Shown in pieces: positions 1 through 9,252 of a stretch of DNA of 64,000 nucleotides. Numbering within the stretch: position 1 is the stretch's first letter; every line of letters starts with the position of its first letter. Source of the DNA: Candidatus Gorgyraea atricola (lineage in GTDB: Bacteria; Omnitrophota; Gorgyraeia; Gorgyraeales; Gorgyraeaceae); NCBI GenBank assembly GCA_030765235.1, contig JAVCCW010000025.1, positions 240 through 64,239 of the forward strand, given 5' to 3'. The notes beneath the pieces are model-generated. The model saw only the letters and a list, made by a program, of their open reading frames with translations, was not told where the DNA came from and ran no database searches. Made by a program: the position numbers and the translations under genes.

Positions 1-111
1 GGTCGCATTAACAGGAAAATATTACCGGCAGATTGTTTTAGCTGTGCGCGTTGTTTGAATGTTTGTCCAGTTGATGCTATCCAATATACGTTTTTCTTAA
101 AAAAAGGGTAA
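1..111 (+). CDS. C-terminal end of a 4Fe-4S binding protein (partial, 5' end outside window)
   Basis: Frame 1 translates GRINRKILPADCFSCARCLNVCPVDAIQYTFFLKKG*, containing the CxxCxxCxxxCP ferredoxin motif. Absent from the ORF track because the start is outside the window. Confidence 0.8.
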   Translation, partial: GRINRKILPADCFSCARCLNVCPVDAIQYTFFLKKG

Positions 112-116
112 TCTAA

Positions 117-413
117 ATGATTGCACCAAGAAGCAATTATTTTAAGAGCGTACTGTTCTCCATAGTTATAATTTTTATATTTCTGTCTGTGGCAGCAGGG
201 TTTCTGCATAATCACAGCGATTCAGAATTTCATAATGATTGTCCTGTGTGTATTTTAGCTATAACCGCATATATAATTATATTTTTCACAATCCTTCTTT
301 TTGTAGATTTTCCATATATTGGTTTTACTTATATTACGTTCCAAAAGTTTATATATATAGATTTTTACTCCTCAAATTTTTCTCGAGCTCCTCCATTTCT
401 CTTTAAAGTCTAA
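117..413 (+). CDS. DUF2946/CruR-like leader protein with HxH, CxxC and C-terminal RAPP motif
   Basis: Hydrophobic N-terminus, HNH...H..CPVC, second hydrophobic stretch, ends SRAPPFLFKV. Directly upstream of an outer-membrane barrel gene. Confidence 0.7.
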   Translation: MIAPRSNYFKSVLFSIVIIFIFLSVAAGFLHNHSDSEFHNDCPVCILAITAYIIIFFTILLFVDFPYIGFTYITFQKFIYIDFYSSNFSRAPPFLFKV

Positions 414-468
414 TTTCGTCACTTAAAATTCACTTATACTACATAAAATAGAGGAGTGTTGCCTTTAT

Positions 469-1197
469 ATGAAGAAAATTTTATATCTAACCTTATTTTT
501 AATGGGTATTGCATCTTTTGCGTATGCAGCAAGGCCATTATCTACCGATGATGCAGGAACAGTAGAAAAAGGATTTTTTGAGATAGAGAACGGTTTTGAA
601 TATGTTAAACAAGATGATGAAGAATATAATTTGAGCTTTGCTTTGAAATACGGTATTAGTGAAAGTTTTCATATAGGAGTAGAGCTTCCATATAAGTTTA
701 TTAACTTTAAGGAAAGCGAGGATATGGATGGTATAGGAGATCTCGTAGTTAGTTCTAAATATAATTTCTTGGAGGATGAAGGGAATTTGCCCAGCATGTC
801 TTTAGGTGTCAGTATCAAGACAGAAACAGGAGATGCAGATAAAGGCTTAGGCACAAGTGAAGTAGATTATGGTGTTAATGGAATAATGAGTAAGGAAATA
901 GGAAGATTAATCTCGCATTTAAATGTAGGTTATACATTTGTTGGAGGGCCAGGAAAGGATACATCTTCCTATGGGCTTGCTATGGAATATCCAATAAATG
1001 AAAATTTGAATGTATTAGGAGAGATTACTGGTGAGACAGCTTTTGATGGAGATTTTGATGACAATCCTTTTAGCGGACTGGTGGGGGTAAATTATGCTAT
1101 AAATGCGATGGTAATGTTCGATCTTGGAATAGGCTTTGAGATTTCAGATGCAAGCCCTGATTATACTATTGTTACAGGTTTGACATTAGGATTTTGA
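469..1197 (+). CDS. Outer-membrane beta-barrel transporter family protein (MetA-pathway-of-phenol-degradation-like)
   Basis: Signal peptide ending AYA, RPLSTDDAGTV N-terminal motif, alternating beta-strands, C-terminal Phe. SD GAGGAG at 451-456. Confidence 0.75.
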   Translation: MKKILYLTLFLMGIASFAYAARPLSTDDAGTVEKGFFEIENGFEYVKQDDEEYNLSFALKYGISESFHIGVELPYKFINFKESEDMDGIGDLVVSSKYNFLEDEGNLPSMSLGVSIKTETGDADKGLGTSEVDYGVNGIMSKEIGRLISHLNVGYTFVGGPGKDTSSYGLAMEYPINENLNVLGEITGETAFDGDFDDNPFSGLVGVNYAINAMVMFDLGIGFEISDASPDYTIVTGLTLGF

Positions 1198-1216
1198 TAT
1201 TTTCATTAAGGATTGT

Positions 1217-1365
1217 ACTAGTCACTATTTGGTCACTAGCAATAATCCTCAAAATCACCAATTCTCATAACTTATTGTGAGATAATAGGTTACAACCATA
1301 CAATCCATCTAGGACATCAGATTTTCGATCTGACGACACCGGTTCGAATCCGGTTGGGGACGCCA
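1217..1365 (+). mobile_element. attR-like site: integrase arm-type repeats plus displaced 3' part of tRNA-Glu(UUC)
   Basis: ACTAGTCACTATTTGGTCACTAGC (GTCACTA direct repeat) at 1217-1240, then the tRNA-Glu fragment 92 bp later. The same layout recurs at 3273-3391. Confidence 0.65.
1308..1365 (+). pseudogene. 5'-truncated tRNA-Glu(UUC) fragment
   Basis: Anticodon arm TCAGA-TTTTCGA-TCTGA, T-arm ACCGG-TTCGAAT-CCGGT and 3' end TGGGGAC-G-CCA are present, but there is no complementary GTCCCCA 5' acceptor strand upstream. Confidence 0.8.
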
Positions 1366-1539
1366 TTTTATCATAACTAATTGTAAAATAATAAGATAGG
1401 AAAGTACTTAATAAGCTACTCTTGAAGTGTCGTCAGATTGTATCTCTGATGACATAGCGGGGAGGGTCGAATTTAGCAAGTTTGTAGTTTTTTCAATAAT
1501 GCACCCACTGTAGCCATCTTTGTCTCGAAATCGCACCCC

Positions 1540-1618
1540 TTCCCAATAAGCTATATTTGTGATATACTTATAATTGAATAAGTAGCTCAACTTAGCCCCT
1601 GAGAAAGGGCGATTTTTT
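1540..1618 (+). promoter_or_regulatory. Sigma70-type promoter plus leader hairpin/U-tract, shared with 9175-9252
   Basis: TTCCCA-17bp-TATACT with extended -10 TG, then CTCAAC...GCCCCT-GAGA-AAGGGC-GA-TTTTTT just before the ATG. Confidence 0.6.
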
Positions 1619-1621
1619 GCC

Positions 1622-3244
1622 ATGATTATGACGAGATTTAGAAAACTGTTAATCACAAAAACAATAGGATTGGTTATAATAGTTACGTTCTCTGTAACTA
1701 CTACAGTCTACGGCATAGATTTGTCAGACTTCGAGCATCTTAGAAAGCCCCTTGATTTTAGCGATGTTTCTTTGGATGCGGACAAGAGACACAGCGATGC
1801 AAGAAAAGACTTGGTAGCTACAGAAGAAAATCTAAGACTTATAGATGAAAATGAAAGAAATGATATTTTGCAAGCGATTAAAATTTCCATAGAGGGAGTA
1901 AGAATAGCAAAGCGTCTAAAATTAATTTCTCGAAAACAAAAAAATGAAAATATTTCTTTGTTGCGAGAATTAAAAAGAAAAAATTCAATCTTTATTCGTT
2001 CGAATCCTGAAAAAATATTAAACATAGATTATTTTTTGGGGCCAATTCGTTCCAACGAAAGATTTATTTTTGCCCAAGAATTATTTAATAGGTCCTGGTT
2101 TAAAGGGCGTGGCCTGGAATACCTATCCGACCTTATTCTCTTTCGCACCCTATCTACCGATGACCTAAGAAATAAAATCATAGGCGAGGAGAAAGTTATC
2201 AAGTTAAAGCAAACAGTAGAATTTTACCTAGAAAACTATAGGAAGTCTCCCCAAGAAAGAAACCTAACATTGCTCTATTTTGAAGAATCGTTAGAAGATA
2301 TTAGGCCCAGAGTAACAGAAGCAATAAAAGAAGTGATTGACCAATTGTTTTATCAGGAATCTGAAGAACGCAATAAATTAATACAAAGCTTAGAAACGTT
2401 AAATATTTTTAGATCTAGGAAGGGGAATTGGTTATCTACTAGCCATTATTATTGGGTACTTTTTAAAGCCTTGTTTCTTGGGCATTCTGTTAAGAAAGAT
2501 GTTGTTCATCATGAGATGGGGCATCATAGTAGATACCTTTTTAATTTAGAAGACCCTTTCAGTGTATTTGGAAATATAGTAAGAGGACTTTTGGGTAAGG
2601 AAGACGAAAACGTACAAAAGGGGAAAGATTATGCCCGTTCTTATTTGGAGCAAAAAGTAACTCAAGGGGAACTCAAGAAAACAATAAGCGAAAAATGGTT
2701 AGAGGGTAGGACTAAAAAATATAGAGATCCTAAAGATTTTTTCTCTGACGAGGATTATAAGGCAGGATATTTTTTAGCAGGTCTTTTCTTGGGATTACAT
2801 GGGAACGATAAAAAACGGGCAATGAAATTTGCATTGGATTTAACTTTTGCCGAATGGTTTAATTGGACAAGAAAATTTTTGAAAAAATATTATTTTTTAA
2901 ATAACCTTTATCTTGCTTTAGGGCTGGTAGGTGATATTTTATTTGTAATATCCGGTGGATGGGGTATTTATATATTAACAGAATCAGCATGGGCAGTAGT
3001 TGGTGGCGTTATCGCCATTATTGTTCTCGGAGCATTTTTAATGACAGGGCATGAATCTTACCGTGAGAAATTATTCAATGAAAGAGTCGAAAGAGGAGAT
3101 GTTAAAGATTTTGGTGCACCAATTGCAGATATAGACCTTATAGATGAAGAAGCTCCTCAACATAAGACTGATGATGCAGATGCAGCAAATAATTTGACTT
3201 CCGAACTAATTAAGTTTAGAAAACTTCAAGCAGACGATTTATAA
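1622..3244 (+). CDS. Exported orphan protein with N-terminal TTVYGxDLSDxxxLRxPL motif, HExxH motif and two C-terminal TM helices
   Basis: 540 aa AT-rich ORF with signal peptide, VVHHEMGHH zincin-like motif and a hydrophobic hairpin near the C-terminus. Confidence 0.7.
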   Translation: MIMTRFRKLLITKTIGLVIIVTFSVTTTVYGIDLSDFEHLRKPLDFSDVSLDADKRHSDARKDLVATEENLRLIDENERNDILQAIKISIEGVRIAKRLKLISRKQKNENISLLRELKRKNSIFIRSNPEKILNIDYFLGPIRSNERFIFAQELFNRSWFKGRGLEYLSDLILFRTLSTDDLRNKIIGEEKVIKLKQTVEFYLENYRKSPQERNLTLLYFEESLEDIRPRVTEAIKEVIDQLFYQESEERNKLIQSLETLNIFRSRKGNWLSTSHYYWVLFKALFLGHSVKKDVVHHEMGHHSRYLFNLEDPFSVFGNIVRGLLGKEDENVQKGKDYARSYLEQKVTQGELKKTISEKWLEGRTKKYRDPKDFFSDEDYKAGYFLAGLFLGLHGNDKKRAMKFALDLTFAEWFNWTRKFLKKYYFLNNLYLALGLVGDILFVISGGWGIYILTESAWAVVGGVIAIIVLGAFLMTGHESYREKLFNERVERGDVKDFGAPIADIDLIDEEAPQHKTDDADAANNLTSELIKFRKLQADDL

Positions 3245-3272
3245 AAAATTATTCTATTAAAAAGATGCTTGA

Positions 3273-3391
3273 ACTAGTCACTATTTGGTCACTAGCGATA
3301 AACTGAAAACTTACCAATTCGCCCAACCTGTTGTAAAATAATAAGTTGTAAGTATAATATTTTACTAGGACATCAGATTTTCGATCTGACG
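3273..3391 (+). mobile_element. Second att-like site (arm repeats plus tRNA-Glu anticodon-arm core)
   Basis: 24-bp arm identical to 1217-1240 and 27-bp core CTAGGACATCAGATTTTCGATCTGACG identical to 1309-1335, at the same 92-bp offset. Confidence 0.65.
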
Positions 3392-3404
3392 CCGATAAAA
3401 CCCC

Positions 3405-3433
3405 TTGACATTGTATATACCATATGGTATATT
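3405..3433 (+). promoter_or_regulatory. Promoter of HTH-Fic gene with overlapping palindromic operator
   Basis: TTGACA-17bp-TATATT. Perfect 18-bp palindrome ATATACCATATGGTATAT at 3415-3432. Confidence 0.65.
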
Positions 3434-3437
3434 TTAA

Positions 3438-4346
3438 ATGGTGATAAATATGAAAAATGGTATATTTTCCGTACAAGAGCAGATTAGTTATATTATGAAA
3501 ATGTCTGGTATGAACCAGGCAGATATAGCTAGGGCTTTAGAGGTGGATTACAAGACTGTAAACAGGTGGATTAACGAAGAAAGGGCACCGCATACTGCAC
3601 ATAGGCAAAAGCTTTATAAGTTATTTATCGAAAAAGTTGATTTGCCTTTATTGGCCGCTAGATTAAAAAAAAGATACAAGAATCCTCTGAAAACAATAAA
3701 AGAAAACCCCAGCATATATAATAAGTTCCTGGTAAGTTTGACCTATAATTCAGATGCGATCGAAGGCAGCACTTTAACAGAGAGTGATACGGAAAGGATC
3801 ATTATACAAGGAGATGTCTTGGCCAATAAAAGCCAGAAGGCACAACAAGAGGCAATAAACCATAAGACAGCGCTGGAGTTTGTATTTTCAAAAGCAACCA
3901 GGGATTTTAAAATAGACGAAGGTTTTATATTGTCGTTGCACAGAATGGTTATGCACGGGTTAAGCAAAGACGCGGGTCAATTAAGAAGGGTAAACGTAAA
4001 CATAAGAGGGCTTCAGAAAAAATTGTCCCACTACCAGTTTGTTCCGCAGCTATTTAAGGAGTTTACCTCAGATGTAAATACGTACGGGGGTAATGTGATA
4101 AAAAAGACAGCCATTAATCATTATGAATTTGAAGAGATGCACCCATTTAGTGATGGGAATGGCAGGGTGGGTAGGCTCATTTCCATAACTCAGCTATTAT
4201 CAAAAAACTTCCCTCCTTGTGTAATACAAAATAAAGACAGAGAGCGTTACTATGGTGTTCTGCAGATGGGAGACATACATAGGTTTGACCCTATAGCGAA
4301 TTTTTTCGCTGAAAGCATTTTGCAAGGATATGCTTTGTTGGAATAA
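3438..4346 (+). CDS. XRE-family HTH fused to Fic domain (class II, with inhibitory motif)
   Basis: MNQADIARALEVDYKTVNRW HTH, SDAIEGS inhibitory motif, HPFSDGNGRVGR Fic motif. The start may be 3450. Confidence 0.9.
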   Translation: MVINMKNGIFSVQEQISYIMKMSGMNQADIARALEVDYKTVNRWINEERAPHTAHRQKLYKLFIEKVDLPLLAARLKKRYKNPLKTIKENPSIYNKFLVSLTYNSDAIEGSTLTESDTERIIIQGDVLANKSQKAQQEAINHKTALEFVFSKATRDFKIDEGFILSLHRMVMHGLSKDAGQLRRVNVNIRGLQKKLSHYQFVPQLFKEFTSDVNTYGGNVIKKTAINHYEFEEMHPFSDGNGRVGRLISITQLLSKNFPPCVIQNKDRERYYGVLQMGDIHRFDPIANFFAESILQGYALLE

Positions 4347-4391
4347 CTTTCCTCCTTGACCATCCTGATTTTTCTTCTATAATATAACGAC

Positions 4392-6224
4392 ATGCGTTAT
4401 ACCAGAGATCAAATATTATCCGCGCTCAAACAATATTGGGGTTATACTTCTTTCCGGCCTTTACAGGAAGAGATAATTTTTTCTATTCTCGAGGACAAAG
4501 AGAGCCTTACAGTCCTGCCCACTGGCGGGGGAAAGTCACTCTGCTTCCAATTGCCGGCGCTTCTTAGGGATGGCATGGCAGTTGTCATTTCTCCGCTTAT
4601 ATCTCTCATGAAAGACCAGGTGGACGCGTTAAAAGATATAGGAATAGCCGCGGTATATTTAAATTCCAGCTTATCTATTAAGGAACAAAGAAAAATAATA
4701 GCGCTTATCCAGGAGCAAAAAATAAAACTTCTCTATATCTCGCCTGAGCGTTTGCAGAACGAAGAGACAGTTGATCTCTTGCGCTCGGTACAGGTCTCCT
4801 TTTTTGTAATAGATGAGGCGCATTGTATAAGCCACTGGGGGCATGATTTCAGGGCTGACTATCGTAATCTCAGGATTATAAAGGAGATGTTCCCGTCGAT
4901 GAGTGTCCACGCGTTTACAGCCACTGCTACAAAAGCAGTGCAGGATGATATTGTGGCCCAGCTAAAATTTGACGACGCGAAAGTACACATTGCTTCTGTA
5001 GACCGGTCTAATCTGACATACAGGGTGGTGCCCCGCACGATCATTATACAGCAGATAACTGATGTGCTGAAAAAACACGTTAACGAACCAGGCATTATAT
5101 ATTGTCTGCGCAGGGATGATGTTGACACGATATCTGATAAATTAAATAAACTTGGTTTCGAGAACCTGCCTTATCACGCGGGCCTTACAGATGAAGTGCG
5201 CCACGTGAACCAGGATAAGTTCGTGCGTGAACAGGTCAATATAATAGTGGCAACAGTTGCCTTTGGCATGGGTATTGACCGTTCAAATATCCGTTTTATC
5301 ATACACGCTGCTATGCCCAAAAGCCTGGAATATTATCACCAGGAAACAGGACGCTCTGGCCGCGATGGACTCCCGTCATATTGTTACATGTTTTTTGGCG
5401 GCAGGGATTATCGCACCTGGAAGTTTCTGTCGGAAAAATCCTCTAATCAGGATACTCTCGTTGCTAAACTAAATACAATATATCATTTTTGCTCAAAGCC
5501 TCAGTGCAGGCACAAGGCTATCGCAGCTTATTTTGACCAGGTGTATGATAAAAATTCCTGCGCGGCCTGCGATTATTGCCTGGATGAATTTGACATGGTC
5601 GTGAATCCTTTAAAGATAGGGCAGGACATATTGTTCTGTATATACGAGGTCACACAGGATATCTCTTACGGATTTGGCGCAGGCCATATAGCCAATATAT
5701 TAAAGGGGCATCTGACCGATAATGTTGAAAGAAGAGGACATCATAAGTTAGCCAAGTTTGGTATGATGACCGGCACTTCGCTGGAATTCATAAGATACAT
5801 GATAGAGCAGATGATAGGCCAGGATTTTCTTGTAAGGGAGGGAGCGTATTCTACACTTTCGCTTACGCCTTCCGCGATAAAGGTGCTAAAAGGCGAGATC
5901 ACTCCGACGCTGGTCAAGCCGCTACTGGCCAAAAAGAAAAAAGAGATCGCGAAGAAAAGAAAAGAGATAAAAGAAAAAGAATGGCAGGGCATAGATCAGG
6001 AATTATTTCAGATGCTTCGCAGGAAACGAGCAGAGCTTGCGTTTAACCATCGTGTCCCAGCCTTCATAATCTTTGGAGACAAATCCTTAAAAGACATGGC
6101 CATCATAAAACCTACCACAAAAGAAACCTTTGCCACAGTATTTGGAGTAGGCGCCAAAAAAGCAGAGACCTACGCAGACACCTTTACTTCAATAATCAGC
6201 GAATACCTGAAGTCATATGACTGA
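4392..6224 (+). CDS. recQ: ATP-dependent DNA helicase RecQ
   Basis: LPTGGGKSLC, DEAHCISHWGHDFR, QETGRSGRDG, Zn-binding CRH..C..CDYC, RQC and HRDC regions. Confidence 0.95.
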   Translation: MRYTRDQILSALKQYWGYTSFRPLQEEIIFSILEDKESLTVLPTGGGKSLCFQLPALLRDGMAVVISPLISLMKDQVDALKDIGIAAVYLNSSLSIKEQRKIIALIQEQKIKLLYISPERLQNEETVDLLRSVQVSFFVIDEAHCISHWGHDFRADYRNLRIIKEMFPSMSVHAFTATATKAVQDDIVAQLKFDDAKVHIASVDRSNLTYRVVPRTIIIQQITDVLKKHVNEPGIIYCLRRDDVDTISDKLNKLGFENLPYHAGLTDEVRHVNQDKFVREQVNIIVATVAFGMGIDRSNIRFIIHAAMPKSLEYYHQETGRSGRDGLPSYCYMFFGGRDYRTWKFLSEKSSNQDTLVAKLNTIYHFCSKPQCRHKAIAAYFDQVYDKNSCAACDYCLDEFDMVVNPLKIGQDILFCIYEVTQDISYGFGAGHIANILKGHLTDNVERRGHHKLAKFGMMTGTSLEFIRYMIEQMIGQDFLVREGAYSTLSLTPSAIKVLKGEITPTLVKPLLAKKKKEIAKKRKEIKEKEWQGIDQELFQMLRRKRAELAFNHRVPAFIIFGDKSLKDMAIIKPTTKETFATVFGVGAKKAETYADTFTSIISEYLKSYD

Positions 6225-6411
6225 ATATATTTGCCCTCACTGCAAGCAGCCTGTTTATGATGACGATGCAATAAGGTGTCTTTATTGCGGGGAAAGTCTG
6301 AACCGTAGCATAGGCTTTATGGCACGCATAAAATATCCACCGTATAAAACAATAATCATCGCTGCCGTAATATTGGTCTTAGTAAGTTTTATCGCATTAA
6401 TAATTAGATAA
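6217..6411 (+). CDS. Small zinc-ribbon membrane protein
   Basis: CPHC...CLYCG with a C-terminal TM helix. Overlaps the recQ stop. Confidence 0.75.
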   Translation: MTEYICPHCKQPVYDDDAIRCLYCGESLNRSIGFMARIKYPPYKTIIIAAVILVLVSFIALIIR

Positions 6412-6422
6412 GAGGTGAAAAA

Positions 6423-7208
6423 ATGAAATTACCGAGTTCTTTAGTGGTGTTTGATCTTGAGACGACCGGTACTTGGATTGAGAAGGACAGGATAGTCGAG
6501 ATCGGTATGATCAAGTTATTGCCGGATGGTTCAAGAGAGGCTTATGTAAAACGCGTTAATCCTGGCATACCAATTCCACCTAATGTCAGTCGTATTATTA
6601 ATATCGTGGACGGTGATGTTAAAGACGCGCCGCGATTTAAGGATATAGCCAAGGAGGTGCAGGAGTTTATAGGCGATTCTGATCTTGGCGGATTCAATAT
6701 CCTGAGATTTGACCTGCCTGTATTGGAGCGCGAGTTTTTTGACGCGGGCTTCAGTTTTTATTGGCGCGAGCGTAATATATACGACGCGCAAAAAGTTTAT
6801 CACATACACGAAAAAAGGGACCTGACAGCCGCTTACCGGTTATACTGCGGAAAAAATCTTGATAACGCGCATTCCGCCCTGGGTGACGCTGAAGCAACGG
6901 TCGAGATATTTGACGCGCAGATCAAAAAGTACGGGGCCGTGGAGCAGGGCATAGAGTCTCTGAAAGATTTTGATTATGAACGCTCCAGCGCTTATTTTGA
7001 TAAAGGCCGAAAGTTTTGCTGGTGGAATGGCGAACTGTATCCAATGTTCGGTAAATATGGAAAGAAAAAACACATAAAGGACATCCTCAAGAATGACCGT
7101 CGATATTTAGAATGGGTGATTACCAAGGATTTTAGCGAGGAAATCAAGGTGATGATAAAAAAAGCCCTGGCCGGAGAATTGCCGCAGGCCCCGTCATTTG
7201 ATAATTAA
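6423..7208 (+). CDS. DEDDh 3'-5' exonuclease (DnaQ/PolIII epsilon-like)
   Basis: VFDLETTG, GFNILRFDLP and AHSALGDA motifs. Confidence 0.9.
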   Translation: MKLPSSLVVFDLETTGTWIEKDRIVEIGMIKLLPDGSREAYVKRVNPGIPIPPNVSRIINIVDGDVKDAPRFKDIAKEVQEFIGDSDLGGFNILRFDLPVLEREFFDAGFSFYWRERNIYDAQKVYHIHEKRDLTAAYRLYCGKNLDNAHSALGDAEATVEIFDAQIKKYGAVEQGIESLKDFDYERSSAYFDKGRKFCWWNGELYPMFGKYGKKKHIKDILKNDRRYLEWVITKDFSEEIKVMIKKALAGELPQAPSFDN

Positions 7209-7223
7209 AAGGAGGTTTAGCGT

Positions 7224-7877
7224 ATGACTTATCTAAGGATAATTTTAATATTAATATTCCTTTCAATCGTTTCTTGGGTAGGGGAGTCCAATGTTTTTGC
7301 TGAAAAATTAAAACCCATTGAGCTTTTAAAACCTCAGCTCGAAAGAGGCGTATTGTTAATGCAGGCGCTCAAGGAAAGAAAATCAGAACGTGAGTTCAGC
7401 ACCAAGGAGCTTTCCCTGGAACTTATTTCAAATCTTTTATGGGCTGCTTCTGGCGTAAACAGGCCTGATTCTGGAAAACTTACATCTCCCACTGCAAAAA
7501 ACTGGCAAGAAATCGAGATATATGTGGCTATGGAAAAAGGATTATATTTATACAATGCCCAAAAGCATACCTTAGAACCGATCATGGCTAAGGATGTGCG
7601 GGAGTTTGTCGGGCTTCAGTCTTTTACGCAAATAGCTCCTCTTGATCTTATATATGTAGCTGATTTTGCAAAAATGGGTGGACATAATGAAGGGACAATT
7701 TTTTATTCAGCGACCGATACAGGGTTTATCAGTCAGAATGTATATCTTTTCTGTGCATCAGAAGGGCTGGCAACTGTTGTCCTGGGCTGGGTTGATAAAC
7801 CAGCCTTGTCAAAAATCATGAACCTTAGAGACGATCAAAGTATAATACTTACACAGCCAGTAGGTTATCCAGAGTAA
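7224..7877 (+). CDS. SagB/ThcOx-like nitroreductase family protein with signal peptide
   Basis: ALKERKSEREF, LLWAASGVNR, DTGFISQNVYLFCASEGLATV. Confidence 0.85.
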   Translation: MTYLRIILILIFLSIVSWVGESNVFAEKLKPIELLKPQLERGVLLMQALKERKSEREFSTKELSLELISNLLWAASGVNRPDSGKLTSPTAKNWQEIEIYVAMEKGLYLYNAQKHTLEPIMAKDVREFVGLQSFTQIAPLDLIYVADFAKMGGHNEGTIFYSATDTGFISQNVYLFCASEGLATVVLGWVDKPALSKIMNLRDDQSIILTQPVGYPE

Positions 7878-7887
7878 GGGAAATTTT

Positions 7888-9111
7888 ATGAAACGTAAAA
7901 AAGTTGAACTCGTGGCTCCAGCAGGATCCTGGGCTGGGCTACAGACTGCTATAAAATATGGGGCAGATAGTGTGTATTTTGGCGTAAGAGATTTGAACAT
8001 GCGCCACAGCGCAGAGAATTTTGATTTACTCGAGCTGGACAAGGCAATGAAGTTATTGCATAAAAACAATAGAAAAGGTTACCTGACTTTAAATACTATC
8101 ATCTACAATAACGAACTTAGCAAGATCAGGAAGATCCTGAAAAAGGCTAAAAAAGCAGGCGTGGACGCGGTTATTGCTTGGGACATGGCTGTTCTTAAGA
8201 TAGCTAAAGAATTAAAACTCAAGGTTCATCTTTCAACTCAGGCAAGTGTTTCAAATTTTTCTGCAGTGAAATTCTATAGTTTATTAGGGGTTAAAAGGAT
8301 TGTGCTGGCAAGGGAGTGTAGTTTCGAAGCAATAAAGGATATCATTAAATCCATCAGAAAAGAGAAGATAGGCTGCGAGATAGAGACATTTATCCACGGC
8401 GCCATGTGCGTGAGCCTATCAGGAAGATGCTTTTTATCGTCGTATGCATTTGCAAAATCAGCAAATAGAGGCAAGTGTATCCAGCCCTGCAGGAGGCGAT
8501 ATCTTATCACTGACCTGGAAGAAAAGGGCAATAAGTATATTTTGGGCAAGGATTATATATTGAGTCCCAAGGATCTATGCACAATAGATTTTATTGACAG
8601 ACTTATAGAAATAGGCGTAACTTCTTTTAAAATAGAAGGCAGGATGCGTAACCCTGAGTATGTGAAGGAGGTAACTTCTGTATACAGGACTGCGATAGAC
8701 GCGTTCTTTAAAGATAGCCTGAGCGCGCAGTTGAAAAAAAATCTCAAGCGCAGACTGAATTCGGTCTACAATAAAGGCTTTACGAACGGATTTTTCTGGG
8801 AGACACCTAATGATACAGGTGCTGGCCCTGTAGACAGTAAACACGAAAAGATCTTTTTAGGAGAGGTGGTTAATTTTTACAATAAAAATAACGTCGCGGC
8901 CATCCATATAAGGAACCAAGGTGTTAAGATAGGAGACAGGATCGCAATCTACGGAAAAAGCACACCCTTATCCATCGCAGAAGTAAAAGAGATGCAGATA
9001 GCCGGCAAGGCAGTAACCTTTACAGAAAAAGGCAAACAAGTAGGCATAAAACTACCCTTCAAAGTAAGACGCAACGACAAGGTCTTCTTTTACAAGCAAA
9101 AACATGCTTAA
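7888..9111 (+). CDS. U32 family peptidase (TrhP/RlhA-like RNA hydroxylation protein)
   Basis: ELVAPAGS, IHGAMCVSLSGRC, NRGKCIQPCRR, SFKIEGRMR. Confidence 0.9.
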   Translation: MKRKKVELVAPAGSWAGLQTAIKYGADSVYFGVRDLNMRHSAENFDLLELDKAMKLLHKNNRKGYLTLNTIIYNNELSKIRKILKKAKKAGVDAVIAWDMAVLKIAKELKLKVHLSTQASVSNFSAVKFYSLLGVKRIVLARECSFEAIKDIIKSIRKEKIGCEIETFIHGAMCVSLSGRCFLSSYAFAKSANRGKCIQPCRRRYLITDLEEKGNKYILGKDYILSPKDLCTIDFIDRLIEIGVTSFKIEGRMRNPEYVKEVTSVYRTAIDAFFKDSLSAQLKKNLKRRLNSVYNKGFTNGFFWETPNDTGAGPVDSKHEKIFLGEVVNFYNKNNVAAIHIRNQGVKIGDRIAIYGKSTPLSIAEVKEMQIAGKAVTFTEKGKQVGIKLPFKVRRNDKVFFYKQKHA

Positions 9112-9148
9112 CTTTACATTTAAGGTCTTGCTTTAAATGTAAAGTTAA
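9108..9148. repeat. AACTTTACA...TGTAAAGTT palindromic element (copy 1), supplies the stop codon of the U32 gene
   Basis: 40-bp exact inverted copy at 49818-49857 and a related hairpin at 37350-37394. Confidence 0.8.
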
Positions 9149-9174
9149 GTACAATTCGCCATACCGCTACCCCC

Positions 9175-9252
9175 TTCCCAATAAGCCATATTTGTGGTAT
9201 AATATACTTGTATGAGCATCTCAACCAGGCCCTTGAGAAAGGGTGGTTTTTT
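9175..9252 (+). promoter_or_regulatory. Promoter plus leader hairpin/U-tract homologous to 1540-1618
   Basis: TTCCCA-17bp-TATAAT (extended -10), then TCTCAACCAGGCCCTT-GAGA-AAGGGTGGTTTTTT. Confidence 0.6.

Noticed and set aside
1290-1365. Functional tRNA-Glu gene
   Set aside because: The 5' acceptor strand and first D-stem strand are absent, so it is kept only as an att remnant.
1217-3391. Integron attC cassette array
   Set aside because: The sites are tRNA-derived with arm repeats, lack RYYYAAC/GTTRRRY attC ends, and no intI gene is present.
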